Positions 1 through 12,159 of a DNA stretch of 64,000 bases are shown piece by piece. The stretch spans positions 9,703 through 73,702 of the forward strand of contig DATAHW010000083.1 of the NCBI GenBank assembly GCA_036262935.1, given 5' to 3'. Each line of letters begins with the position of its first letter. The first letter of the stretch is position 1. The notes under the pieces are model-generated. The model had not been told where the DNA came from and searched no databases. It saw only the letters and a program-made list of their open reading frames with translations. The translations under genes were made by a program, and so were the position numbers. The stretch comes from Gemmatimonadales bacterium (GTDB lineage Bacteria > Gemmatimonadota > Gemmatimonadetes > Gemmatimonadales > GWC2-71-9).

Positions 1-564
1 CCAGGTGGGGTGCCGGAGCGCCTCGTCCACGGTGGCGCGGTGCACCCGCTCGGCGGGCCACTCGCGGAACGGGCCGCCCGAGCAGGTGAGGATCAGCCGT
101 GCGAGGCCCGCGTTCCGGCCGGCCACGCATTGCAGCACGGCGCTGTGCTCGGAGTCCACCGGAACGAGCTCGCCGCCGCCCGCGCAGGCCGCCTGCGCCA
201 CAAGCTCGCCCGCCATGACCAGCGTTTCCTTGTTGGCGAGCGCCACGCGCTTCCCGGCCCGGAGCGCCGCCAGGGTGGCTTCGAGCCCCGCGGCACCCAC
301 GACCGCGTTGACCACCACGTCCACCTCGGGGTGGGTGGCGGCTTCGAGCAGCACCCTGGGGCCACAGGGATGGGCGGAGCCGGCCTCACCGCCGGCCAGG
401 CCCGCGTACCGCGGACTCCACTCGGCCACCTGCGCCTCGAACTCGTCGACGTTGCGGTTGGCGGTGAGCGCCACGACGCGGAAGTGCTCGCGCTGCCGCC
501 GCAGCACCGCCAGCGTGCTCCGGCCGATAGAGCCGGTCGAGCCGAGCACCGCCACGCCTCTCAC
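1..564 (-). CDS. dxr: 1-deoxy-D-xylulose-5-phosphate reductoisomerase, N-terminal 188 codons (3' end lies left of window)
   Basis: Absent from the ORF track because there is no stop in the window. Manual reverse translation from GTG 564..562 gives VRGVAVLGSTGSIGRSTLAVL...LANKETLV...VDSEHSAVLQC...LTCSGGPF (Dxr NADPH-binding and DSEH motifs). GTGA overlap with the cdsA stop. uppS-cdsA-dxr is the usual order. Confidence 0.9.
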   Translation of the reverse strand, partial: MRGVAVLGSTGSIGRSTLAVLRRQREHFRVVALTANRNVDEFEAQVAEWSPRYAGLAGGEAGSAHPCGPRVLLEAATHPEVDVVVNAVVGAAGLEATLAALRAGKRVALANKETLVMAGELVAQAACAGGGELVPVDSEHSAVLQCVAGRNAGLARLILTCSGGPFREWPAERVHRATVDEALRHPTW

Positions 565-1451
565 GGGATGACTCCGAACAGTCGGTACAGCGCCGCACTC
601 ATCGGCACCACGAAGTAGAGCGAGTCGAGCCGGTCCAGCACCCCGCCATGACCCGGGATGAGCCGGCTCGAGTCCTTGACGCCGGCCTCGCGCTTGAAGA
701 GCGATTCGGCCAGGTCCCCCACCTGCCCCACCACGCTCAGCACGGCTGCGATCACCAGGAGCTGCCACAGCGGGATCGTGAGCCCGGCCGGTGGGAAGAC
801 CAGCGCCCCGAAGAGCGGCGCCACCACCAGGCCGCCGACCACGCCGGCGAGGCTGCCCGAGCGGGTCTTCCCGGGGCTGACGGTGGGGGCGAGCTTGGGT
901 CCGCGGAGCGCCCGGCCGCCGAACATGGCCGCAGTGTCGCAGATCCAGGTGACGACGAGCGGGAAGAAGACGAGCGCGGCCCCGGCCCAGCTCCGGAGCC
1001 CCTGGCCGCCGTGCCGGATGGAGAGAAGAAATGCGGGGAGCGCGCCGGTGTACGCGACGGCGAGCACGGTCACGGCGGCCGCCGAAAGCGGGCGCTCGGC
1101 CGGCCCGCGGGTCGCGAGCACCCAGGTGAGCACCGCGAGCAGCCAGATGGCCCCGGCATAGGGCCACGCATGGGAGACGAGCGCCCGCACGTCCGGGTCG
1201 ACCAGCGCGGCATAAGTGATCGGCGCGACGGCCGCCGCGCTCACCAGCCCGAGCCCGCGCGCCGGCCGGACCTCTCGCCCCTCGGCCAGGGCGAACAGCT
1301 CCCGGGTGCCAAGCACCGCGGCGACGGCGAGGAGAAGAACGAGCGGGGCGCCGCCGTACCAGACGATGAGGAGCGCCAGCGGGATCGCCACGGCGGCGAA
1401 CCCGACGCGCCGGGCCAGATTGCCATCGGCAGGCGTGGGGCTGGCTCCCAT
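561..1451 (-). CDS. cdsA: phosphatidate cytidylyltransferase
   Basis: Last 296 codons of track ORF 561..2108. Multi-TM protein ending SLFKREAGVKDSSRLIPGHGGVLDRLDS. Start set to ATG 1451..1449 (MGASPTP), forming an ATGA overlap with the uppS stop. The upstream part of the track ORF is Arg/Gly-rich and overlaps uppS. Confidence 0.9.
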   Translation of the reverse strand: MGASPTPADGNLARRVGFAAVAIPLALLIVWYGGAPLVLLLAVAAVLGTRELFALAEGREVRPARGLGLVSAAAVAPITYAALVDPDVRALVSHAWPYAGAIWLLAVLTWVLATRGPAERPLSAAAVTVLAVAYTGALPAFLLSIRHGGQGLRSWAGAALVFFPLVVTWICDTAAMFGGRALRGPKLAPTVSPGKTRSGSLAGVVGGLVVAPLFGALVFPPAGLTIPLWQLLVIAAVLSVVGQVGDLAESLFKREAGVKDSSRLIPGHGGVLDRLDSLYFVVPMSAALYRLFGVIP

Positions 1452-2191
1452 CAGACCGGGACGCGCCCGAACCTGCGGTCGCGCCGCTGAAATTCCAGGA
1501 TGGCCTCGAACAGGTGCCGGCGGGTGAAGTCGGGCCAGAGCACGGGAGTGACGAACAGCTCCGCGTAGGCCAGTTGCCAGAGCAGGAAGTTCGAGATCCG
1601 CATCTCGCCCGAGGTCCGGATGAGGAGGTCCGGGTCGGGCCAGGGGGCCGTGTAGAGGCGCCGCGCCACGGCCTCGTCGTCGATCTCCGCCGGGACGATC
1701 CGGCCGGCCACGGCGTCCTCCGCGAGCTGCCGGGCCGCGCGCACGATCTCCGCCCGCGCGCTGTACGAAATGCAGAGGTTGAGCGCGAGCTCCTGGCCGC
1801 CGGCGGTCTGGGCCACGATCCAGTCCACCGCTTTCCGCGCGCCGGGAGCCAGGCGCTCGAGATCGCCGAGCACGCGGACGGAAACGCTCCTGGCGCGGAG
1901 ATTGTCGACCTCGCGCGCGATGTACTCCTCGAGCAGGCCCATCAGGGCATCCACCTCGACCGCCGGCCGCTGCCAGTTCTCCTGGCTGAACGCGAACAGG
2001 GTAAGCACCCCGACCCCCGAGTCGAGGCATCCCTGGATCACTTCGCGCACGGCCCGCATGCCGGCGTGGTGGCCCAGGGGACGCGGCAGCGCGCGTCCCC
2101 TGGCCCACCGGCCGTTGCCGTCCATGATGATCGCGATGTGAGCCGGAACGGCCCCGTGGACCTTCAGCCGCCGGAGGAGATCGTCGCTCAT
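1451..2191 (-). CDS. uppS: isoprenyl transferase (undecaprenyl diphosphate synthase)
   Basis: 246 aa. HIAIIMDGNGRWA and FAFSQENWQRP motifs of cis-prenyltransferases. Confidence 0.95.
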   Translation of the reverse strand: MSDDLLRRLKVHGAVPAHIAIIMDGNGRWARGRALPRPLGHHAGMRAVREVIQGCLDSGVGVLTLFAFSQENWQRPAVEVDALMGLLEEYIAREVDNLRARSVSVRVLGDLERLAPGARKAVDWIVAQTAGGQELALNLCISYSARAEIVRAARQLAEDAVAGRIVPAEIDDEAVARRLYTAPWPDPDLLIRTSGEMRISNFLLWQLAYAELFVTPVLWPDFTRRHLFEAILEFQRRDRRFGRVPV

Positions 2192-2195
2192 TCGA

Positions 2196-2750
2196 TCAGA
2201 CTTCCATGATCTCGGCTTCTTTGGCCTGGATCAGGGTGTCGATCTGGCGGATATGTTCGTCGGTGAGCTTCTGCACGTCTTTCTCCGCCCGCGCCTTGTC
2301 GTCTTCGGACACCTTTTCGAGCTTCTTGATTCGCGACATCGTGTCGGTGCGGGCGTGTCGCACCGCGATCCGGCCCTCCTCCGCGAGCTTGTGGACCACC
2401 TTCACCAGCTCCTTCCGCCGCTCCTCGGACAGGGCGGGCAGCGGCACCCGGATCAGCAAACCCTGCGTGGACGGGTTGAGGCCGAGATCGGCGTCGCGGA
2501 TGGCCTTTTCGATGGCGTGGGTGAGGGACTTGTCGAACGGCTGCACGGTGAGCAGGCGTGGCTCGGGCGCGGCCACCATCGCCACCTGATTGAGGGGCAT
2601 CGGCGTGCCATAGGCTTCGACCCGCACCACGTCGAGGAGCGAGGCGTTCGCCTTGCCGCTGCGGATCCCGCTGAACTCGCGCTTGGTGCTCTCGACGGCC
2701 TTGTGCATGAGCTCGCGGGCGCTTCTGGTCAGTTCGGGAATGGTGCTCAT
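2196..2750 (-). CDS. frr: ribosome recycling factor
   Basis: 184 aa, full-length RRF-like sequence ([20 protein letters not shown]...). Overlaps the pyrH stop by 4 nt. Confidence 0.96.
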   Translation of the reverse strand: MSTIPELTRSARELMHKAVESTKREFSGIRSGKANASLLDVVRVEAYGTPMPLNQVAMVAAPEPRLLTVQPFDKSLTHAIEKAIRDADLGLNPSTQGLLIRVPLPALSEERRKELVKVVHKLAEEGRIAVRHARTDTMSRIKKLEKVSEDDKARAEKDVQKLTDEHIRQIDTLIQAKEAEIMEV

Positions 2751-3457
2751 CGGACAAGGGTCCCTACCCGGTCCCCCTGCAGCACGCGGGAGATCGCGCC
2801 GGGCTGGTTGATGTTGAAGACGACGATGGGAAGCTGGTTGGCCTTGCAGAGGCCGAACGCGTTGGCGTCCATGACGGCGTAGTTCTTGACGATGGCTTCT
2901 TGGTAGGTCAGCTCCGGGATGAACGTCGCCCCCGGGTCGACGCGCGGGTCGCCGGTGTAGATCCCGTCTACGTTGGTGGCCTTGAGAATCACCTGGGCTT
3001 CGATTTCCAGCGCCCGAAGCACGCCGGCGGTGTCGGTGGAGAAGAAGGGATTGCCGGTGCCCGCGGCGAAGATGATGAGCCGTCCCTTTTCCAGGTGGCG
3101 GATGGCGCGGCGCCGGATGTACGGCTCGGCGAGCGATTCCATCCGAATGGCCGTCATGACCCGCGTGTCCACCCCGATCTTCTCCAGCACGTCCTGCAGC
3201 GCCAGCGCGTTGATGACGGTGGCCAGCATGCCCATGTAGTCGGCGGACACCCGGTCGAGCCCTTCCCGGCTGGCCGTGGCGCCGCGAATGATGTTGCCGC
3301 CACCCACCACCAGGGCCAGGTGCACGCCGAGGGCGTGCACCGCCTTGATCTCCTCCGCGAACGCCTCGACGACGTGGAAGTCGAGGCCCGAGCCTTTCTC
3401 GCCGCCCAGCGCCTCGCCCGAAATCTTGAGCAGGGCGCGGGTGTAGGCGAGCGCCAT
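2747..3457 (-). CDS. pyrH: UMP kinase
   Basis: 236 aa. [11 protein letters not shown] and [10 protein letters not shown] motifs. Confidence 0.96.
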   Translation of the reverse strand: MALAYTRALLKISGEALGGEKGSGLDFHVVEAFAEEIKAVHALGVHLALVVGGGNIIRGATASREGLDRVSADYMGMLATVINALALQDVLEKIGVDTRVMTAIRMESLAEPYIRRRAIRHLEKGRLIIFAAGTGNPFFSTDTAGVLRALEIEAQVILKATNVDGIYTGDPRVDPGATFIPELTYQEAIVKNYAVMDANAFGLCKANQLPIVVFNINQPGAISRVLQGDRVGTLVR

Positions 3458-3458
3458 A

Positions 3459-4064
3459 TCAGGCCGCCCCGACCTGGAACCGGGCGAAGCGCCTGACCGT
3501 GATGACCTCGCCGAGCTTACCCGAGGTCTCCTTCACCAGATCACCGACCGTCTTCGTGTCGTCGCGCACATACGGCTGCTCGAGCAGCGTGCGCTCGGCG
3601 ATGAACTTCTTCACCTTGCCGTCAACGATCTTGGCGCGCACCGCCTCCGGCTTCCCTTCCGCCGCCGCCTGCTCCTCGGCGATGCGCCGCTCGCGCTCCA
3701 CCAGGTCGGCCGGGAGATCGTCCGCGGACACGCCGATCGGATCGGCGGAGGCGATGTGCAGGGCGATGTCACGCGCCAACTGCTGGAACGCTTCGTTCCT
3801 GGCCACGAAGTCGGTCTCGCTGTTGAGCTCGAGCAGCACGCCCACCTGCGCGTTGTGGTGGATATAGCTCACCACGAGCCCCTGCGAGGCGGTGCGGCCG
3901 GCGCGCTTCTCGGCCTTGGCGATCCCCTTCTTGCGCAGGATCTCCGCCGCCTTGTCCATGTCGCCGCCGGCCTCCTCGAGGGCCCGCTTGCAGTCCATCA
4001 CCCCGGCGCTGGTTCGCGCCCTGAGCTCGCTCACGTCCTTCGGGGAAATCGTCGTGCTCGCCAT
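3459..4064 (-). CDS. tsf: translation elongation factor Ts (short form)
   Basis: UBA-like N-terminus [21 protein letters not shown]. The track start is TTG at 4073; I prefer the ATG at 4064 ([10 protein letters not shown]), giving 201 aa. Confidence 0.93.
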   Translation of the reverse strand: MASTTISPKDVSELRARTSAGVMDCKRALEEAGGDMDKAAEILRKKGIAKAEKRAGRTASQGLVVSYIHHNAQVGVLLELNSETDFVARNEAFQQLARDIALHIASADPIGVSADDLPADLVERERRIAEEQAAAEGKPEAVRAKIVDGKVKKFIAERTLLEQPYVRDDTKTVGDLVKETSGKLGEVITVRRFARFQVGAA

Positions 4065-4095
4065 AGTCTCCAACCCGGATGCAGTCAGGGGTGAA

Positions 4096-4139
4096 TAGTA
4101 AAACCGCCGCTCTCGGCCCGCACGGGCCAGGAGCGGCGG
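4096..4139 (-). terminator. intrinsic terminator/attenuator in the rpsB-tsf spacer
   Basis: CCGCCGCTC (4104..4112) pairs with GAGCGGCGG (4131..4139), with an inner GGCCC/GGGCC stem. On the minus strand the hairpin is followed by TTTTACTATT (plus-strand AAAA at 4100..4103). Confidence 0.6.
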
Positions 4140-4164
4140 AAGCTCCGCGGATCCAGCCCGGGGC

Positions 4165-5076
<912 letters not shown>

Positions 5077-5166
5077 TCTGGCTTTAGGGTTGAGCGTCCA
5101 CCGCGTTCACCTCCCGGCGACTACCCCTCGGGGCACCCACGCCGGAATCCCGCGATGTGCAGGTTC

Positions 5167-5235
5167 GGGCGGTCAGCCGGTCGGGGCGGTCGGGAGGAAA
5201 ACTGACCGCCTGCCCGCCCGACCGGCTGACCGCTC
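5167..5235. repeat. long hairpin built from about 8-nt CGGTCNNN / TGACCGNN tandem units (REP-like)
   Basis: Perfect 17-bp stem GCGGTCAGCCGGTCGGG (5169..5185) with CCCGACCGGCTGACCGC (5217..5233), plus an inner GCGGTC/GACCGC stem. Lies directly 3' of the rpsI stop (5238). Confidence 0.8.
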
Positions 5236-5237
5236 GT

Positions 5238-5639
5238 CTACCGCTTGCTGAACTGGAACCGCTTCCGCGCGCCCGGACGGCCGGGCTTCTTCCGCTCGAC
5301 GGCGCGGGGATCGCGGGTCATGAGTCCGGCCGCGCGGAGCTTGGTCCGGTGCTGCCCATCGGCCTCGACCAGCGCGCGCGCGATGCCCAGACGGAGCGCG
5401 CCCGCCTGGCCCGCCTGGCCTCCGCCGTCCACGTGTGCCTTCACGTCGAACGCGCCGAGGGTGTCGGTGGCCGTGAAGCTCTGCTGGATGTGCTGCACCA
5501 GGGAAGGCCGGGGGAAGTAGTCACCCAGCGTCCGGCCGTTGATGTCCCATTTGCCGGTGCCGGGCGTCAGGTAGACCCGGGCGACGCTCGTCTTGCGGCG
5601 GCCAACGGCCTGCCAACGGAATTCGGGGGCGGCGGTCAT
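5238..5639 (-). CDS. rpsI: 30S ribosomal protein S9
   Basis: 133 aa. GGGQAGQAGALRLGIARAL, C-terminal ...KRFQFSKR. Confidence 0.96.
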   Translation of the reverse strand: MTAAPEFRWQAVGRRKTSVARVYLTPGTGKWDINGRTLGDYFPRPSLVQHIQQSFTATDTLGAFDVKAHVDGGGQAGQAGALRLGIARALVEADGQHRTKLRAAGLMTRDPRAVERKKPGRPGARKRFQFSKR

Positions 5640-6088
5640 GCGCTCACCTTGGGCGGAGTGACGGAGAACGGCCTGGGCTGCTGGGCCGCGTGCGGGTGCT
5701 CGGTTCCGGCGTAGACCTTGAGCTTGCCGCGCAGCTTCTGCTTGGCCAGCGAAGTCTTGGGCAGCATGCCGAAGACGGCCTTCTCGATCACCCGGTCGGG
5801 ATGCTTGGCCAGCATGTCGCGAGCGGCCGTCATGCTGTCGTGCCCCATGTACCCCGTGTGCCGGAAATACTTCTTGTTATCCAGCTTCCGGCCCGTCAGC
5901 CGCACCTTTTCCGCGTTGATCACGACGACGAAATCTCCCCCATCCATGTGGGGGGTATACGTGGGCTTGTGCTTGCCCCGGATGAGCTGGGCGACCGCAC
6001 TGGCCAGCCGGCCAAGCGGGACATCCGCGGCGTCGACGACGTGCCACTCGTGGCTGATGTCGTCCGGCGTGGCGGTAAAGGTTTTCAT
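5636..6088 (-). CDS. rplM: 50S ribosomal protein L13
   Basis: Track ORF 5636..6121. Start moved to the internal ATG (MKTFTATPDDISHEWHVVDA), the typical L13 N-terminus. 4-nt overlap with rpsI. Confidence 0.93.
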   Translation of the reverse strand: MKTFTATPDDISHEWHVVDAADVPLGRLASAVAQLIRGKHKPTYTPHMDGGDFVVVINAEKVRLTGRKLDNKKYFRHTGYMGHDSMTAARDMLAKHPDRVIEKAVFGMLPKTSLAKQKLRGKLKVYAGTEHPHAAQQPRPFSVTPPKVSA

Positions 6089-6163
6089 CTCGTCAACTGC
6101 CTTGGGCGCGGGACCTGGCAAATGGAAACAGACTCACAAAATACCGGGAGTGATGGACTTGGG

Positions 6164-6679
6164 TCAAGAGCCGGCCTCGAAGTCCACCAGGAGCTGACCC
6201 TTCTCCACCGCCTCACCCGGCCGCACCCTGACGCTTCGTACCACCCCCGCGCCGGTCACCCGGAGCTCGTTCTCCATCTTCATGGCTTCGAGCACCACCG
6301 CGCCCGCGCCCGCGGCGACCGGCTGGCCCGGCTCCACGTCCACCCGGACGACGAGTCCCGGCATCGGGGCCCTGAGCGCAGCCGGCCCCTTGGCGCCCTG
6401 GGCCGCGCCGGCCAGCTCCCGAAGATGTCTGGCGCGCTCATCGAGGACCTCGAGCTCGGTCCGCTCCCCCCGGTGGGTGAGCAGCCAGCGTCCCTCCCCC
6501 CGCGCGTCGACCGCCAGCGCCATGGGCACGTCGTCCAGCAGGAGCAGGCGGACGGGCGTGCCAGGAACGGCGCTCAGCGTGGCTCGATGCGCCCGGCCCG
6601 CGACGGTCACCTCCTCGCCACGGACTTCCACCTCGAGCTCCCGGCCCGCCACGCTCACGACGTACTTCACGACGCGCAC
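6164..6679 (-). CDS. biotin carboxyl carrier / biotin-lipoyl attachment domain protein
   Basis: 171 aa. C-terminal VLEAMKMENEL biotinylation motif. An alternative GTG at 6670 would make a GTGA overlap with the upstream stop. Confidence 0.85.
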   Translation of the reverse strand: MRVVKYVVSVAGRELEVEVRGEEVTVAGRAHRATLSAVPGTPVRLLLLDDVPMALAVDARGEGRWLLTHRGERTELEVLDERARHLRELAGAAQGAKGPAALRAPMPGLVVRVDVEPGQPVAAGAGAVVLEAMKMENELRVTGAGVVRSVRVRPGEAVEKGQLLVDFEAGS

Positions 6680-7886
6680 TCCAGCACGGCGACTGTTTCC
6701 ACGTGGGCGGTCTGGGGGAACAGGTCGAACGCCTGCACGTGGCAGAGCCGGAACGCCGGCAGGCGGGACAGATCACGCGCCAGCGTCGCGGGGTCGCAGG
6801 AGATGTACACCAGGCGCTCGGGGCGGAGTCGCTCCAGCGCCTGCGGCACCCGCGCGTCCATGCCGGTCCGCGGGGGGTTGGTGATGACCAGTTCCGGCGC
6901 GGTCAACTCGTCCAGCATGTGCTCCACCCGTCCCACGAGCCGGCGGGCCGGCGGCCCCGCGCGCTCGGCCGCCTCGACCGCGCGCCGGTCCACTTCGACG
7001 CTCTGAACGCGGGCGCCGGCCGCCGCCAGCGCGGCCGATGTCTGCCCCATGCCGGCGTACAGGTCCCACACCCGCCGGCCGCTCACGGCGCCGAGCGCGG
7101 CGATGGCGTGGGCCCGTACGCGGTCGCCCATCTCCGGATGGACCTGCTCGAAGACCGTGGCCGGGTAGGCTGAGCTGCCGCCCCCGATCGCACGGGGTGC
7201 GCCGCCGGCGGGCTGCCACCAGAGGGTCGCCGGCGCTCCCTGCGCCCGGAGCTCGGCGAGGAGCCGGCGTCCCCCGCCCCAGACCTCCCCGCCGCTTGTC
7301 CGGAAAAGGACGTGCCGGCCGCCGTCGCGGTCCCCGCGCAGCACGACCGCATCGAGCCCGCCGGGGAACAGCGGCCGGAGCCGTCGCAGCGCCTGCCACA
7401 GCGACATCAGCTCGGGAACCGTAATGTGACACCACTCGAGCTCGAACACCTGATCGGCGCGGTCGTAGCGGTGCAACCCGATCCGCCGGCCATCGCCGCT
7501 CACCGCCAAGGTGATCTTCGTGCGGTAGTCGAACTCGCGCGACGCGGGTACCAGCTCCGGGTCCGGCACGTCGCGGCCGCCGATCCGGCGGAGGGCGTCC
7601 CCCACGAAGCCCCGGCGCGCCTCCCGCTGGGCCGACGCGTCGAGGTGCTGGAGCTGGCAGCCCCCGCACTCGTCGTGCACGTAGTGCGGACAGCGCGGCG
7701 CCACCCGGGCGGGCCCGGGCTCGAGCACCCGAGCCGGGCGGGCGCGCGCGAAGCGCTTGTGGGCACGGACGTCCGTGAGCTCGACCAGATCGCCGGGCGC
7801 AGTGCGCGGCACGAAGACGGTGCGGCCGTCCGCCAGCCGGCCGACGCCGTCGCCGCCGGTGGCCAGCCGGAGTACCCGCACCGCGC

Positions 7887-7890
<4 letters not shown>
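6667..7890 (-). CDS. TRAM-domain class I SAM-dependent RNA (uracil-5) methyltransferase, RumA/RlmD-like
   Basis: TRAM-like N-terminus, Cys cluster CPHYVHDECGGCQLQH, SAM-binding VWDLYAGMG, C-terminal YISCDPATLARD. Start set to GTG 7890 (GTGA overlap with the accC stop) rather than the track start at 7923. Confidence 0.85.
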
Positions 7891-9380
<1,490 letters not shown>

Positions 9381-9402
9381 GGGCGCGCGGAGCTGGGGGC
9401 CG

Positions 9403-10419
9403 CTACGGCCTGCATGCCGGCGGCGGCGTGTCTCCGAAGAACGGCAGGAGGCTGCTGCAGAGGAGGGCGTTGTAGCGTGCGGCGCTGTCGTACACGCCGC
9501 GGACGTCCCGCACCCACGGCGAGCCGTCCTGGCGGCTGGCCTTGAGCAACTCGGCCACGCTCAGCGCGTCGGAGGAGGCGGGCGCGGGCCGGCTCACCCG
9601 CACCATCCGGAACGGCACCCACGCGAGCGCGGGGGCGGCCGCGACATCGGTGGTGGGGCTCAGGCAGACCGCGCGGTTGACCGCGACCGCGGCGAGCGCG
9701 CGCTGCACCGGCAACGAGGGATCGACGCCCATCAGGGCGGCGATGCGTTGCCGGTAGAGCGAGTCGGTGGCGTAGAGGTCGGGACGGACCGGGAGGATAT
9801 CGAGCGGCGCACGGGCCAGACTGCCGTACCATACCGACACCGCCTCGAGCTCGCTGCCGGTGAGCAGCACGCCGCCGGACGGACAGGAGGCCAGGAGGTT
9901 GGTGCCAAGCTCGACGATGAACGCCGGCATCGCCGGCAGATCCGGCCGGGCGCCCGCGTAGCGCGCGGCATCCCACCCGGAATCTTCGAGGCTCACGAGG
10001 GCCCGGTCCACCTCGGTGACGCCGCGGAAGACGACCCCCGAATCCACCGAGAGCCGGACCGCCTGATCCAGCGCCGTCGCGGCGAAGTCGAGGTAGAGCG
10101 GTCCGTCGGGGTCGCCCCGGTGGCCGTGCAGGTGCCAGTCGCGCGCGTCGAAGAGATAGAAGCGGCCGAGCTGGAGCCAGGCGCGCCCGTCATCCGGCGC
10201 GGTGGCGAGGTAGCGCCCCAGCAGGTCGATCGCCATCGGCCGCTCGCCCTCGCGCTCGAGGGCCGCCGCGCGCGGGGCGACGTTCGGATCGATGGCGCCC
10301 TGCGCGCGGAGCCCGGCCGGCAGGACGGCGGCAAGCGCCAGCACGGCAGTCCCCCGTCGGAGGAGAACCGTGGCGCGGCATGGTGACGAAATCTTCAGGG
10401 GGAAGGCGGCCGGACGCAT
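9403..10419 (-). CDS. secreted hypothetical protein
   Basis: 338 aa. N-terminal signal-like LALAAVLPAGLRAQGA. No family recognised beyond a TPR-like stretch (GRYLATAPDDGRAWLQLGRFYL). Confidence 0.65.
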   Translation of the reverse strand: MRPAAFPLKISSPCRATVLLRRGTAVLALAAVLPAGLRAQGAIDPNVAPRAAALEREGERPMAIDLLGRYLATAPDDGRAWLQLGRFYLFDARDWHLHGHRGDPDGPLYLDFAATALDQAVRLSVDSGVVFRGVTEVDRALVSLEDSGWDAARYAGARPDLPAMPAFIVELGTNLLASCPSGGVLLTGSELEAVSVWYGSLARAPLDILPVRPDLYATDSLYRQRIAALMGVDPSLPVQRALAAVAVNRAVCLSPTTDVAAAPALAWVPFRMVRVSRPAPASSDALSVAELLKASRQDGSPWVRDVRGVYDSAARYNALLCSSLLPFFGDTPPPACRP

Positions 10420-10495
10420 GGCGATGAATAATGCGGGTGGGCTTCGAATCTGGCCAGTGGTCGCCGGGGGCGTCCCGCGCCGGCGGGCGGCCCAC

Positions 10496-12049
10496 TCACA
10501 GCGGGATGTTCCCGTGCTTCTTCGGCGGGTTCCGGTCGCGCTTCGTGCGGAGGGTCCGGAGCGCGTCGATCAGTCGCGGGCGCGTGTCGCGCGGGTCGAT
10601 CACGTCGTCAATGTATCCGCGCGCCGCCGCTGCGTACGGATGGGCGAACTTCAGCGTGTACTCCTCAATCAGGCGCGCGGTGGCGGCCGCCGGATCGTCC
10701 GCCGTGGCGATCTCGTCCCGGAAGAGGATCTCCACGGCGCCCTTGGGCCCCATCACCGCGATCTCGGCCGTGGGCCAGGCCAGGTTCACGTCGCCGCGGA
10801 TGTGCTTCGAGCTCATGACATCGTACGCGCCGCCGTACGCCTTGCGGGTGATGACGGTCAGCTTGGGCACGGTCGCCTCGCAGTAGGCGAAAAGCAGTTT
10901 GGCGCCCTGCCGGATGATCCCCCCATGCTCCTGCGCCACGCCCGGCAGAAACCCGGGCACGTCCACGAAGGTGACGACCGGCAGATTGAAGCAGTCACAG
11001 AAGCGGATGAATCGCGCGGCCTTGACGGAGGCGTTGATGTCGAGCACGCCCGCGAGCACCGCCGGCTGGTTGGCGACGATCCCCACGGGCCGCCCACCGA
11101 GCCGCGCCAGCCCCACGACGACGTTGTCCGCGTAGCCGCGCTGCACCTCGAGAAACGCGCCGTCGTCGACCACCCGGCCGATGACCCCGTGCATGTCGTA
11201 CGGCTTGGCCGGGCTGTCGGGGATGAGATCGAGCAGCGCTTCATCGCGCCGGTCGGCGGGATCCTCCGTCGGGCGGAGCGGCGGATCGTCGAGGTTGTTG
11301 AGCGGCAGGAAGGCCACGAGCGCGCGGATCGCCTGGAGGCACTCCGGCTCGGAGTCGTGCACGAAGTGGGACACCCCGGACGTGCCGAGGTGGGTGTCCG
11401 CGCCGCCGAGCTCGTCGAAGCTCACCTCCTCGTGCGTCACTGTCTTCACGACGTTGGGGCCGGTGACGAACATGTAGCTCACGTTCCGCACCATGAAGAT
11501 GAAATCGGTGATGGCCGGACTGTACACGGCGCCCCCGGCGCAGGGACCCAGGATGGCCGAGATCTGCGGCACCACACCGGAGGCGAGCGTGTTGCGCAGG
11601 AAGATGTCGGCGTAACCGCCGAGCGAGGCCACGCCTTCCTGGATCCGGGCGCCGCCCGAGTCGTTGAGTCCGATCACGGGCGCCCCGTTCCGGAGCGCGA
11701 GGTCCATCACCTTGCAGATCTTCTCCGCGTGGGTCTCCGAGAGTGACCCGCCGAAGACGGTGAAGTCCTGCGAGAACACGTAGACCAACCGGCCGTCGAT
11801 GCGGCCGGAGCCGGTGACCACGCCGTCTCCCGGGACGCGTTGCTGGTCGAGGCCGAAGTCGGTGGACCGGTGGGTCACGAACCGGTCGAGCTCGACGAAG
11901 CTGTCCCGGTCGAGGAGCAGGTCGAGCCGCTCGCGAGCGGTGAGCTTGCCCTTCTTGTGCTGCTTCGCCACGCGGGCGGCGCCGCCGCCGGCGTCGGCGA
12001 GTGCCTGCCGCTGGTGGAGTTGCTCGAGGAGTTGTCGGGCGTCAGGCAT
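10496..12049 (-). CDS. acyl-CoA carboxylase carboxyltransferase (beta) subunit, PccB/AccD5/MmdA family
   Basis: Last 517 codons of track ORF 10496..12727, from ATG 12049 ([11 protein letters not shown]). Matches the family throughout ([36 protein letters not shown]). Confidence 0.94.
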   Translation of the reverse strand: MPDARQLLEQLHQRQALADAGGGAARVAKQHKKGKLTARERLDLLLDRDSFVELDRFVTHRSTDFGLDQQRVPGDGVVTGSGRIDGRLVYVFSQDFTVFGGSLSETHAEKICKVMDLALRNGAPVIGLNDSGGARIQEGVASLGGYADIFLRNTLASGVVPQISAILGPCAGGAVYSPAITDFIFMVRNVSYMFVTGPNVVKTVTHEEVSFDELGGADTHLGTSGVSHFVHDSEPECLQAIRALVAFLPLNNLDDPPLRPTEDPADRRDEALLDLIPDSPAKPYDMHGVIGRVVDDGAFLEVQRGYADNVVVGLARLGGRPVGIVANQPAVLAGVLDINASVKAARFIRFCDCFNLPVVTFVDVPGFLPGVAQEHGGIIRQGAKLLFAYCEATVPKLTVITRKAYGGAYDVMSSKHIRGDVNLAWPTAEIAVMGPKGAVEILFRDEIATADDPAAATARLIEEYTLKFAHPYAAAARGYIDDVIDPRDTRPRLIDALRTLRTKRDRNPPKKHGNIPL

Positions 12050-12109
12050 CGGGGGAGAAGATACCGGGAGCCGCGAAGGGAGAAAAGCGGCCGGGATCGG
12101 TACGATACG

Positions 12110-12137
12110 CGAACGGGCCCCGCCGAGGGCCCGCTCG
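12110..12137 (-). terminator. candidate stem-loop downstream of rpsA
   Basis: 11-bp stem (one G.U pair) CGAGCGGGCCC / GGGCCCGTTCG with a 6-nt loop, 23 nt after the rpsA stop. No adjacent U-tract (TTTTCTCCC lies about 24 nt further on). Confidence 0.35.
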
Positions 12138-12159
12138 TTCACCGCGGAAGCCGCCCCGG

